A DNA stretch of 64,000 bases. Source: Pseudomonadota bacterium (GTDB lineage: Bacteria; Pseudomonadota; Gammaproteobacteria; Burkholderiales; Burkholderiaceae_C). The notes under the pieces are model-generated. The model saw only the letters and a list, made by a program, of their open reading frames with translations, was not told the origin of the DNA and did no database searches. Location: contig JAFEEH010000195.1 in NCBI GenBank assembly GCA_018241185.1, positions 19,308 through 83,307 on the forward strand. Reading direction: 5' to 3'. Positions within the stretch are counted from its first letter, which is position 1, and each line of letters starts with the position of its first letter. This document shows positions 48,300-57,414 of the stretch, in pieces. The position numbers and the translations under genes are program-made.

Positions 48300-48427
48300 C
48301 GCAGCGCGGCACCCGTCAGGTTGAAAAAATGCACGTCCGGCGGACGTGCGTGCGATTGCGTGACAGCAGACAGCGCGCGACTGTAGGGGTCACATTCCGT
48401 TCACACCAATGCTGTATCCGGACGGGG

Positions 48428-48446
48428 TCATGCAAAAAATTTATGA
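48428..48446. promoter_or_regulatory. Candidate LysR box upstream of aspA
   Basis: TCAT-N11-ATGA with an A-rich core. Confidence 0.45.
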
Positions 48447-48506
48447 GCCGAGAAAAATGCACGGAACCCTCCGCGGCCGGGCCGCAAGGGTGCGCGTAAA
48501 CCCTGA

Positions 48507-49490
48507 TCAGGCAACTTCCTGGGTGCTCGCGAGGTAGCCCCAGAGCGTGTCGGCCGCCCTTTTGGGCTGCAGGCTGCCGCCGTCCTCGTGACGCGTCGCC
48601 TTGCCCCCGCCCTTCGTCGCGACTGGGGCGCCAGGGCGCTCGCGGTAGGCGCGGATCTCCATCGTGGCCTCGAGCGGCCCCATCTCCGGTGGCAACGCGC
48701 TCACGAGCTTGCGCGCGCGCACTTCCTTGCGCACCGCACTTTCCGGCAGGAAGGCAATGCCGTGGCCCTCCAGCGCCATGACCTTGAGGCCCTCCGCCAT
48801 GTCGGTTTCATAGACCCGGTCGAGGTGGATGGGGGTGCCCGACGCCTTGAGCAACTGGTCCACCACGCGGCCCAGGTACGCGCCGGGCGCATAGCCGAGG
48901 TAAGGCAGCGGGCGCCCCGGCTGGCCGGGCAGCCGGTAGCGCGGCGCGCCGCTCGCGTCGGGACGCACCCAGGGCGCGACCACCTCCTCGCCCAGGTGCA
49001 CCATCTCGTAGCGGTTGGCATCCAGCTGCAGCGGCTGCGAAGGGTGGTGGTAGGCGATGAGCAGGTCGCAGTTGCCTTCCACCAGGCGCAGCACCGCGTC
49101 GTGCACGTTCAGGGCGATGAGCCGGCTCTTCAGCGGCCCGAACTGTTCGCGCAGGCTGGTGACCCACGCCGGAAAGAAGGTGAAGGCCAGCGTGTGCGGA
49201 ACGGCGAACTCGATCACGTCCTGCGCCACGGCCGAATGGCCGCGCAGCATGGCCCGGGTGCTCTGCAGGGCCTGCAGCATCTCGAGTGCCTGGCCGTACA
49301 GCGTCTGGCCGGCGGGCGTGAGTCGCGTGGGGTAGGAACTGCGGTCGACCAGGTCGGTGCCGGCCCATCCCTCCAGCGCCTGGATGCGCCGCGAAAACGC
49401 GGGCTGGGTCACATGCCGCAGCTGGGCCGATCGGCTGAAGCTGCGGGTCTCGGCGAGGCTCACGAAGTCCTCGAGCCACTTGGTTTCCAT
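48507..49490 (-). CDS. LysR-family regulator (KWLED subgroup)
   Basis: METKWLEDFVSLAETRSFSRSA..RHVTQPAFSRRI. Confidence 0.93.
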   Translation of the reverse strand: METKWLEDFVSLAETRSFSRSAQLRHVTQPAFSRRIQALEGWAGTDLVDRSSYPTRLTPAGQTLYGQALEMLQALQSTRAMLRGHSAVAQDVIEFAVPHTLAFTFFPAWVTSLREQFGPLKSRLIALNVHDAVLRLVEGNCDLLIAYHHPSQPLQLDANRYEMVHLGEEVVAPWVRPDASGAPRYRLPGQPGRPLPYLGYAPGAYLGRVVDQLLKASGTPIHLDRVYETDMAEGLKVMALEGHGIAFLPESAVRKEVRARKLVSALPPEMGPLEATMEIRAYRERPGAPVATKGGGKATRHEDGGSLQPKRAADTLWGYLASTQEVA

Positions 49491-49563
49491 GGGGCGGGAT
49501 TATGGCTGCGGCGCGAGCGCTCATACTGCGCGGCATCCGCCCTCTTCGCACGCCCTCGACGCC

Positions 49564-51021
49564 ATGCCCGCCACCGAACTGCTCGACCTCAGCGCCACCG
49601 AACTGTCGCGCCGCATCGCCCGCCGCGACTGCAGCGCCCGCGAACTGATGGACGCCACGCTGGCGCGCATCGAGCAGCTCAACCCGCGCTTCAACGCGCT
49701 CGTCGCGCTGCGCCCGCCCGAAGAACTACGCGCCGAGGCCGATGCCTGCGACGCCCGCCTGGCACGCGGCGAACGCGCCGGCTGGATGCACGGCTTTCCC
49801 TTCGCGCCCAAGGATCTGAGCCACTGCGCCGGCCTGCCGACCTCGATGGGCTCGCCGCTCACGCCGAAGAGCCCGGCGCGCCAGGACAGCCCTCACGTGG
49901 CGCGCGCCCGGGCCTCCGGCGCGATCATGATCGGCAAGAGCAACACGCCCGAATTCGGACTGGGCTCGCACACCTACAACACCGTCTTCGGCATCACGCG
50001 CAACGCCTGGGATCCAACGAGAAGCGCTGGCGGCAGCAGTGGCGGCGCGGCCGTGGCGCTGGCCCTCGGCATGCTGCCCGTGGCCGACGGCAGCGACATG
50101 ATGGGCTCGCTGCGCAACCCCGCGGCTTTCAACAACGTCATCGGCTTCCGGCCCTCGCGCGGGCGCGTGCCCGGTGGCCCCGACGACGAGCTCTTCTTCC
50201 AGCAATTGGGCACGGACGGCCCGATGGGCCGCACGGTCGAGGACACGGCCCGGCTGCTGTGCGTGCAGGCCGGCTTCGACCCGCGCCTGCCGCTGTCCCT
50301 GCCCCAGACACTGCCCGCGCCCGACGACCTGCGCCTGTCCACGCAGGTGAAGGGCCTGCGCATCGGCTGGCTCGGCAGCCTGTGGCCGGACCTGCCGACC
50401 GCCCCCGGCATCCTGCCGCTGTGCGAGTCGGCGCTGAAGAGCTTCGTGGACCTGGGTGCCCACGTCGAAGCCTGCACGCTCGACGTCCCGCGCGAGCAGA
50501 ACTGGACGGCCTGGCTGCGCCTGCGGCAACTGCTGGTCGGCGGCAAGCTCGGTGCACTGGTGGCCGACCCGAAGCACCGCGCCCAGGTCAAGCCCGAGGC
50601 GCTGTGGGAGATCGACCAGAGCCGCCACCTGGATGCGGCCTCGCTGTACCAAGCGTCGATTTACCGCTCCAACGTCTACCGCGCCTTCCTGCGCCTGTTC
50701 GAGCGCTTCGACCTCGTCGCCGCGCCGACGGCGCAACTCTTCCCGTTCGACGCCGAGTTGCACTGGCCCGATCGCGTGGCCGACGTGCCCAGCGACACCT
50801 ACCACCGCTGGATGGAGATCGTCACGCCCTTCACGCTGGCCGGCCTGCCCACGCTGAACCTGCGCGCCGGCTTCGGGCCGGACGGGCTGCCGATGGGCCT
50901 GCAACTGGCCGGGCCGGTGAACGCGGACCTCGCGGTGCTCGGTGCGGGCCAGGCCTACGACGAAGCCTGCCCGTGGTCGACGCTGCGGCCGCCGGTGCTG
51001 GCGGATCTGCACCTCGCCTGA
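49564..51021 (+). CDS. Amidase signature family protein
   Basis: APKDL, GKSNTPEFG, GGSSGG, GSDMMGSLRNPA. Confidence 0.93.
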   Translation: MPATELLDLSATELSRRIARRDCSARELMDATLARIEQLNPRFNALVALRPPEELRAEADACDARLARGERAGWMHGFPFAPKDLSHCAGLPTSMGSPLTPKSPARQDSPHVARARASGAIMIGKSNTPEFGLGSHTYNTVFGITRNAWDPTRSAGGSSGGAAVALALGMLPVADGSDMMGSLRNPAAFNNVIGFRPSRGRVPGGPDDELFFQQLGTDGPMGRTVEDTARLLCVQAGFDPRLPLSLPQTLPAPDDLRLSTQVKGLRIGWLGSLWPDLPTAPGILPLCESALKSFVDLGAHVEACTLDVPREQNWTAWLRLRQLLVGGKLGALVADPKHRAQVKPEALWEIDQSRHLDAASLYQASIYRSNVYRAFLRLFERFDLVAAPTAQLFPFDAELHWPDRVADVPSDTYHRWMEIVTPFTLAGLPTLNLRAGFGPDGLPMGLQLAGPVNADLAVLGAGQAYDEACPWSTLRPPVLADLHLA

Positions 51022-51033
51022 TGCGGCGGGCCC

Positions 51034-52536
51034 TCAGGGGCGCAGCGCCATCGTGGACGGCAGCCGCGTCCACGGCAGGTCGGCCGGGTCGGCCGCCATC
51101 GGCCCCGGCGCCTTAGCCACCAGGATGGCGCTGGCGATGGGCGCGAAGTCGGCGCGGAAATGGACCGAGCTCTTCACCACCAGCACCCGCATCCGCTCCG
51201 GCTCGATGCCCAGGAAGCGGAACAGCTCACGGTCCAGCATCTGCGTCTTGCGCGTGCTCACGCCCACGAGCACGCCCTGCACCTCGAGGCAGGCGCAGGG
51301 CCCGAGCGACACCGTGCCGCCCATGCCCATCGGGCCGAGAAGCATGACCTCGCCATCGGAGAGGCGGCGCACCGTGGCGCGCACCGACACCGGCGGGTCG
51401 CTGAACTGCCCGCCCCAGGTCGGCACTGCGCGGCCCAGCCGAAGTTCGATCTGCGCGCCTTCGCCGGCAGCGTGGGCTGCCGCCGCAGCCTCCGGGTCGG
51501 CCAGCAGCCCCAGCGCCACCTCGCCGGGGAAACGCGCGCCCGCGCCGGCGGCAAGCAGGGCGTGCAGCAGACCCGTGGTGTTGCTATCACCGCCCGCCCC
51601 CGGGTTGTCCTGCGTGTCCGCGATGACCACCGGGCCGGCACCGGCCGCGGCGGTGTCCAGCGCCGCCTGCACGGCCTCGGCCGGCGTCTTCAGCTCGAGG
51701 CGCCACTGCGCACGCGGCTGGTCGATGCGCGCGAACAGCGCCTCCACCGCGGCCTGGGCCGCGTCGCCGTAGGCCCAGACGACCGGGCCGCAGTCGGCGA
51801 TGTCGGCGGCAGGGAAGCCCGTGGCGAAGCTCAGCACCGTGTCGTGCGTCGCGTCCAGGGCGCGCAGCGCGTCGTAGACCGCGTCGGCCGGGGCGGTCAT
51901 GGTGCTCTGCACGTTCAGCGGCAAAAGGAAATCGAGTCGGCGCACCGCCAGCGGCTCGCGGCGGCCGCGCGCGATGCGGCGCTCCAGCAAGGTGGCCGCC
52001 AGCCGACCGGTGTCGGCCATGTCCACGTGCGGGTAGGTGCGGTACGCCACCAGCGCATCGGCCTCTTCGAGCATGCGCGCACTCACGTTGGCGTGAAGGT
52101 CCAGGCTGGCGACGATGGGCACCTGGCCACCGACTGCCGCACGCACACGCGCCAGCAGCTCGCCTTCGGGGTCGTCCAGATGCTCGGCCACCGCGGCGCC
52201 GTGCAGGTCGAGGAAGACCGCGTCCACCCTGTCGGTGCGCTGCACCCGCACGAGGTCGTCGAGGATCTCGCCCGCGATGCGCTCGAAGGCCTCGCGCGTG
52301 ACATGCGCCGAAGGGTTGGCCCCGGCCCAGACCGAGGCCGACAGCGCCCACCCCCGGGCCTCGGCGGCGTCGATGAAGCCACCGACGGGCAGGCCCTTGC
52401 CGCGGTAGGCATCGACGACCTCCGGCCCGCGCCGGTAGGGCGGATAGCCGGCCCCGGCCTCGAAGGCGGCCCAGTCGGCCTTCGTCGGCGCGAAGGTGTT
52501 GGTCTCGTGCTGAAAGCCGGCGATGAGGACGTGCAT
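51034..52536 (-). CDS. M81 (MlrC-like) metallopeptidase
   Basis: HETNTF, DLHGA, LDLHAN, YRTYPHVD, DTQDNPGAG, VKSSVHFRADF. Confidence 0.92.
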   Translation of the reverse strand: MHVLIAGFQHETNTFAPTKADWAAFEAGAGYPPYRRGPEVVDAYRGKGLPVGGFIDAAEARGWALSASVWAGANPSAHVTREAFERIAGEILDDLVRVQRTDRVDAVFLDLHGAAVAEHLDDPEGELLARVRAAVGGQVPIVASLDLHANVSARMLEEADALVAYRTYPHVDMADTGRLAATLLERRIARGRREPLAVRRLDFLLPLNVQSTMTAPADAVYDALRALDATHDTVLSFATGFPAADIADCGPVVWAYGDAAQAAVEALFARIDQPRAQWRLELKTPAEAVQAALDTAAAGAGPVVIADTQDNPGAGGDSNTTGLLHALLAAGAGARFPGEVALGLLADPEAAAAAHAAGEGAQIELRLGRAVPTWGGQFSDPPVSVRATVRRLSDGEVMLLGPMGMGGTVSLGPCACLEVQGVLVGVSTRKTQMLDRELFRFLGIEPERMRVLVVKSSVHFRADFAPIASAILVAKAPGPMAADPADLPWTRLPSTMALRP

Positions 52537-52556
52537 GGCGAGCTCCCTGCGGTGCG

Positions 52557-53495
52557 TCAGATCGGCGAGACGACGCCGCGCCCGGCGAAGTGCCCCTCGG
52601 CGTTCGCCATGAAGCGGTTCACGCTGGCCTGCGTGGCCTCGGGCGACCAGCCGGCCATGTGCGGCGTGATGAAGAGGTTGTCCAGCCCGATGAGCTGCGC
52701 AGGCGGGTTCGGCTCGCTCTCGTACACGTCCAGGCCAGCGCCGGCGATGCGCCCTTCGCGCAGCGCCGCGGCCAACGCCTCGGTATCGACCACGCTGCCG
52801 CGGCCGATGTTGACCAGGAAGCCCTGCGGACCGAGCGCGTCGAGCACCTGCGCATCGACCGCGTGGCGCGTCGCCGGGCCGCCGGGCGCGGCGCACACGA
52901 GGAAGTCGCACCACCGCGCCAGTTCCAGCAGGCTGCCGAAGTAGCGGTGCGGCAGCTCGGGCCGCGCGCTGCGGTTGTGATAACCGATCTCCAGGTCGAA
53001 GCCGGCGGCGCGTTTCGCGATCTTCTGCCCGATGGTGCCCAGGCCGAAGATGCCCAGCTTCTTGCCGGAGACGTTCGGCGGCTGCGGGATCACCTCGCGC
53101 CAGATGCCCTCGCGGCATTGGCGGTCGAGCATGCGCATGCCGCGCACGATGCCGATGAGCAGCCCGAAGGCGTGGTCGGCCACGCAGTCGTCGTTGGTGC
53201 CGGAGCCGTTGGCGGTGGCGATGCCGCGGGCGCGCAACGCGTCCATCGGCAGGCACTCGAAGCCGGCGCCCAGGCAGCACACCAGCTCGAGCGCCGGCAT
53301 GGCAGCGACCTCCTCGGGCGTGATGCCGACGACGCCGATGGTCAGCACCGCGCGGATGCGGTGCGCGTTGGTGGCCACGGCGCCGGGTCGCTCGGCCGCG
53401 GTGGGGGCGTAGATCAGTTCGTACACCTCGCCGATCTGGGCCTGGTGGGCGGGAATCAGGCTGGTGAGCACCAGCAGCGGAATCTTCTCGGTCAT
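52557..53495 (-). CDS. D-2-hydroxyacid dehydrogenase family
   Basis: GAGFE, VADHA, GIFGLGTIG, VNIGRG, LDVYE.EP, TPH. Confidence 0.93.
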   Translation of the reverse strand: MTEKIPLLVLTSLIPAHQAQIGEVYELIYAPTAAERPGAVATNAHRIRAVLTIGVVGITPEEVAAMPALELVCCLGAGFECLPMDALRARGIATANGSGTNDDCVADHAFGLLIGIVRGMRMLDRQCREGIWREVIPQPPNVSGKKLGIFGLGTIGQKIAKRAAGFDLEIGYHNRSARPELPHRYFGSLLELARWCDFLVCAAPGGPATRHAVDAQVLDALGPQGFLVNIGRGSVVDTEALAAALREGRIAGAGLDVYESEPNPPAQLIGLDNLFITPHMAGWSPEATQASVNRFMANAEGHFAGRGVVSPI

Positions 53496-53501
53496 TGGAA
53501 A

Positions 53502-53564
53502 TGCTCCTGAAACGATAGCAACTTGCGCAGACTGGGCGGTCGCTGCAGGCCTTTTTGTTCTGAA
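53502..53564. repeat. Family B repeat copy 4 (supplies AGGAG RBS)
   Basis: TGCTCCTGAAACGATAGC...GCAGGCCTTTTTGTTCTGAA. Confidence 0.75.
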
Positions 53565-53571
53565 TTGGCGG

Positions 53572-55389
53572 TCACAGCATCGGCGCGGCGTCGACCTTCT
53601 GCAGCGCCCACATCTGCGCATAGCGTCCGCCCATCGCCAGCAGCTGCGCGTGCGTGCCGCGCTCGACGATCACGCCGGCTTCGAGCACGAGGATCTCGTG
53701 CGCATCCACCACCGTCGAGAGCCGGTGCGCGATGACCAGCGTGGTCTTGTTGCGCGAGGCGCTCGCCAGCTCCGCCTGGATGGCGCGTTCGTTGGCCGAA
53801 TCCAGCGCGGAGGTGGCTTCGTCGAAGATGAGAATCGGCGGGTCCTTGAGCAGCGTGCGCGCGATGGCCACACGCTGCTTCTCGCCCCCCGACAGTTTGA
53901 GCCCACGCTCGCCCACCACCGTCTCGTAGCCCAGCGGCAAGCCGGCGATGAAGCCGTCGATGCGCGCCGCCTTCGCGGCAGCCACCACCTCCTCGTGCGT
54001 GGCACCGGGCCGGCCGTAGGCGATGTTGTAGGCGATGGTGTCGTTGAAGAGCACCGTGTCCTGCGGCACGATGCCGATCGCCTGCCGCAGGCTGGACTGG
54101 GTGACGCTGCGGATGTCCTGGCCGCCGATGCGGATGTGGCCTTCCTGGATGTCGTAGAAGCGGTAGAGCAGGCGCGCGAGCGTGGACTTGCCCGAGCCCG
54201 AGGGCCCCACCACCGCCACGGTCTTGCCGGCCGGGATTTCGAAGCTCACGCCGTGCAGGATCTGACGCGCGGGTTCGTAGGCGAAGCGCACGCCCTCGAA
54301 GCGCACCGTCGCGTCATGCGTGTCCAGCGGCTGCGCGCCCGGCGCATCCGCCACCTCGCGCTCGCGTTCGAGCAGCGCGAACATCTTCTCCAGGTCCACC
54401 AGGTTCTGCTTGATCTCGCGGTAGATCACGCCCAGGAAATTCAGCGGGATGTACAGCTGGATCATGAAGGCGTTGACCATCACCAGATCGCCCAGCGTCA
54501 TGCGCCCATCGACCACGCCCTGCGTGGCGCGCCAGAGCATCGCCACCAGGCTCACGGCGATGAGCATCTGCTGGCCGGTGTTGAGCAGCGACAGCGTGGT
54601 CTGGCTTTTGACGGCGGCACGGCGGTAGCGCTCCAGGTTCTCGTCGTAGCGCCGCGTCTCGAAGTCCTCGTTGTTGAAGTACTTCACCGTCTCGTAGTTC
54701 AGCAGCGAATCGATGGCGCGGCTCTGCGCCTTCGAGCCCAGCTCGTTCATCGTCTTGCGGAACTGCGTGCGCCACTCGGTCACCGTGACGGTGAAGCCGA
54801 TGTAGATCACCAGGGCGATGCCGGTGATGACGGCGAACCAGGCGTCGAATTTCACCGCCAGGATGCCCAGCACCAGCGACAGCTCGATCAGCGTGGGCAC
54901 GATGCTGTACAGCGAGTACGAGATGAGCGAGTGCACGGCCTGCGTGCCGCGCTCGATGTCGCGCGTCATGCCGCCGGTCTGGCGTTCGAGGTGAAAGCGC
55001 AGGCTCAGGGCATGCAGGTGCCGAAACACTTCCAGCGAGATGCTGCGCGAAGCGCCCTCGGTGGCCTTGGCGAAGACCAGCTCGCGCAACTCGGTGAAGA
55101 GCGCGGTGGAAAAGCGCAGCAGACCATAGGCGACCAGCAGCGCCACCGGCACCACCAGCAGCACCGCCGGGTCGCCCGGCTTGAGGGTCATGCGGTCGAC
55201 CAGGTTCTTGAGCAGCACCGGCACGCCGACGTTCGCCACCTTGGCCCCGACCATGAAGGCCAGCGCAGCGAACACGCGCCACTTGTATTGCCACAGGTAG
55301 GGAAAGAGGCGGCGCAGGGTGGCGGCATCGGAGCGCGGACCCGTGGCGGCAGCCGCTGTCACGGGCGGCGGGTTGGCAAGGCTTCTCAT
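53572..55389 (-). CDS. Atm1/ABCB6-like ABC exporter (fused TMD-NBD)
   Basis: [51 protein letters not shown]. Confidence 0.93.
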   Translation of the reverse strand: MRSLANPPPVTAAAATGPRSDAATLRRLFPYLWQYKWRVFAALAFMVGAKVANVGVPVLLKNLVDRMTLKPGDPAVLLVVPVALLVAYGLLRFSTALFTELRELVFAKATEGASRSISLEVFRHLHALSLRFHLERQTGGMTRDIERGTQAVHSLISYSLYSIVPTLIELSLVLGILAVKFDAWFAVITGIALVIYIGFTVTVTEWRTQFRKTMNELGSKAQSRAIDSLLNYETVKYFNNEDFETRRYDENLERYRRAAVKSQTTLSLLNTGQQMLIAVSLVAMLWRATQGVVDGRMTLGDLVMVNAFMIQLYIPLNFLGVIYREIKQNLVDLEKMFALLEREREVADAPGAQPLDTHDATVRFEGVRFAYEPARQILHGVSFEIPAGKTVAVVGPSGSGKSTLARLLYRFYDIQEGHIRIGGQDIRSVTQSSLRQAIGIVPQDTVLFNDTIAYNIAYGRPGATHEEVVAAAKAARIDGFIAGLPLGYETVVGERGLKLSGGEKQRVAIARTLLKDPPILIFDEATSALDSANERAIQAELASASRNKTTLVIAHRLSTVVDAHEILVLEAGVIVERGTHAQLLAMGGRYAQMWALQKVDAAPML

Positions 55390-55934
55390 TGCGGCGTCAG
55401 CACTCCGGAACGGCATTCGGGATGGGCCACGAAGTCCGTCTCGCTCGCCAGGCAGTCGGAATGCCGGTGCAGCACGTCGATCTCGACCGTCGGCACCGGC
55501 GCGCCGAGGAAGGTGCCGGATTCGCCGATCCGCCCCTCGACGACGACGCGGGTGAAGGGCTGCACCAGTTGCGCGTCGTAGCGGCCGCGGCTGCAGGCGC
55601 GGAAGTAGGCGGGCTCGCGGGTCCACTGCACCACGCCTTGCGCATCGAAGGCGGCGTACAGCAACGTCAAGCACTGGCCACCCTCCGCGCGGCTTTCGAC
55701 GCTCTGGATGCCGCCCGCCCAGCGCACGGCGGCGCCGCGGCGCTCGGACGCCAGCGCCTGTGCGGGCGAGAGGTCCGTCACGGCCGCCGCCGCGGCACCG
55801 TGGATGGTCGGCGCGGCCGTCGGGGACGCGGTGCAGCCCGCGAGCAACGCCAGGAGCGCACCGGCGGCGAAGGAGACAAGGGGGCGCGCAGCCCGTGGGA
55901 AAGCGGAAGACGGTGCGTCGCCCTGGCGTCGCAT
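55386..55934 (-). CDS. Slp-like outer-membrane lipoprotein
   Basis: Lipobox LLAG-C; VRW.G.I..V, F.A, V.VEG.I pattern of the Slp family; start uncertain. Confidence 0.55.
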   Translation of the reverse strand: MRRQGDAPSSAFPRAARPLVSFAAGALLALLAGCTASPTAAPTIHGAAAAAVTDLSPAQALASERRGAAVRWAGGIQSVESRAEGGQCLTLLYAAFDAQGVVQWTREPAYFRACSRGRYDAQLVQPFTRVVVEGRIGESGTFLGAPVPTVEIDVLHRHSDCLASETDFVAHPECRSGVLTPQ

Positions 55935-55975
55935 ACGGGACAATCGTGGAGTTTCAGTTTCCCGAGATTGTGCCG

Positions 55976-56407
55976 ATGTCCACCTCCGCCAGCCCTGCCG
56001 CCGTCCTCAAGAGCCTGCCGGCCGACATGGAACTGGTGCTCAAGGTCATCCCGATGCCCGCCGACACGAATGCCAACGGCGACATCTTCGGCGGCTGGGT
56101 GATGGCCCAGGTCGACCTGGCCGGCTCGGTGCTCCCGGCGCGCTACGCCAACGGGCGCATGGCGACGGTGGCGGTCAACGAATTCATCTTCAAGCAGCCG
56201 GTGCGCATCGGCGACATCTTGTCCTTCTACGCCGCGGTCAGCCGCGTCGGGCGCACGTCGGTCACGGTCAAGGTCGAGGTCTTCGCCGAGCGCATCCGCC
56301 GGCAGGGCGAGTACGTGAAGGTGACCGAGGCCACGCTGACCTACGTGGCGATCGACGAGAACGGGAGGCCTCGGCCCATCGTCCCGGACGCGGCACAACC
56401 CGTCTGA
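55976..56407 (+). CDS. Acyl-CoA thioesterase (YciA-like hotdog)
   Basis: MPADTNANGDIFGGWVM...D.A, F..PV..GD, GRTS. Confidence 0.92.
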   Translation: MSTSASPAAVLKSLPADMELVLKVIPMPADTNANGDIFGGWVMAQVDLAGSVLPARYANGRMATVAVNEFIFKQPVRIGDILSFYAAVSRVGRTSVTVKVEVFAERIRRQGEYVKVTEATLTYVAIDENGRPRPIVPDAAQPV

Positions 56408-56420
56408 GGGCGCCAGCCTG

Positions 56421-56492
56421 CAAAGTGCAATCGGGCCGCAGCGCAGGTGTGGCGGGCGTTGCGGCCGAATTCGTCACGGATGTGACGATCTG
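56421..56492 (+). repeat. Family A repeat copy 4
   Basis: CAAAGTGCAATCGGGCCGCAGCG...GTCACGGATGTGACGATCTG. Confidence 0.88.
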
Positions 56493-56529
56493 AAGATGCA
56501 GGGGCGATGAGGCCGCCGATCCGCTCCAT

Positions 56530-56589
56530 CCGTTCAGCCTGAGCCCGTCGAAGGCTGGCGCGTGGCTTCGACAGGCCCAGCCCGAACGG
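56530..56589. repeat. REP-like inverted doublet (family E)
   Basis: CCGTTCAGCCTGAGCCCGTCGAAGG-N10-GCTTCGACAGGCCCAGCCCGAACGG. Confidence 0.7.
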
Positions 56590-56610
56590 TAGGGCTGGGA
56601 CGGACGCCGG

Positions 56611-57375
56611 TCAGACTTTGCTGAAGTCCGGCTTGCGCTTTTCCATGAAGGCCGTGAACGCCTCGCGGGCTGCGGGCTCGCGCAGCATCCGGCCGAAGCT
56701 CGCGCCCTCCTCGCCCATGCGCTCGACCACGGCCGGGCCCTGCGACTTCTTCATGAGGCGCTTGGTCTCGACGAGGGCCGACAGCGGCTTGGCCGCCAGC
56801 TTGCGGGCCTGCTGCTGCGCGATGGCGTTGCACTCGGTCGGCGGCACCACGCGGTTGACCAGGCCGACTTCGAGCGCGGCCTCGGCCATGAAGGGTTCGC
56901 CCAGCAGCAGCGCCTCGGCGGCGCGGTGGTAGCCGAACATCTGGGGCACCAGCAGGCTCGACGCGGCCTCGGGGCACAGGCCCAGGTTGACGAAGGGCAT
57001 CGAGAAGGCGGCGTTGTCACCCGCGTACACCAGGTCGCAATGGAAGAGCAGCGTGGTGCCGATGCCCACGGCCGGGCCGCACACCGCCGCCACGATGGGC
57101 TTGGGGAACTGCGCGATGTTGCGCAGGAAGCGGAACACCGGCGAGTCCTGCGTCGAAGGCGGGGCGTTGAGGAAATCGCCGATGTCGTTGCCGGCCGAGA
57201 AGATGGTCGCGTCGCCCTGGATCAGCAGGCAGCGCACCGCGGCATCGGCCTGCGCGGCCTCGAGTGCATCGGCCATCGCGGCGTACATCGCGCTGGTGAT
57301 CGAGTTCTTCTTGTCGAGTCGGTTGAACGTGAGGGTGCTCACACCGTCTTCGGTGTGGACGAGGATGTCGCTCAT
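56611..57375 (-). CDS. Enoyl-CoA hydratase/isomerase
   Basis: NRLDKKN.I, FSAGND, KPIVAAV.G.AVGIG, PEA. Confidence 0.93.
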   Translation of the reverse strand: MSDILVHTEDGVSTLTFNRLDKKNSITSAMYAAMADALEAAQADAAVRCLLIQGDATIFSAGNDIGDFLNAPPSTQDSPVFRFLRNIAQFPKPIVAAVCGPAVGIGTTLLFHCDLVYAGDNAAFSMPFVNLGLCPEAASSLLVPQMFGYHRAAEALLLGEPFMAEAALEVGLVNRVVPPTECNAIAQQQARKLAAKPLSALVETKRLMKKSQGPAVVERMGEEGASFGRMLREPAAREAFTAFMEKRKPDFSKV

Positions 57376-57414
57376 GGGTGGGCCTTGAAAGTCTGGATCG
57401 AATCGGGAAAAAAG

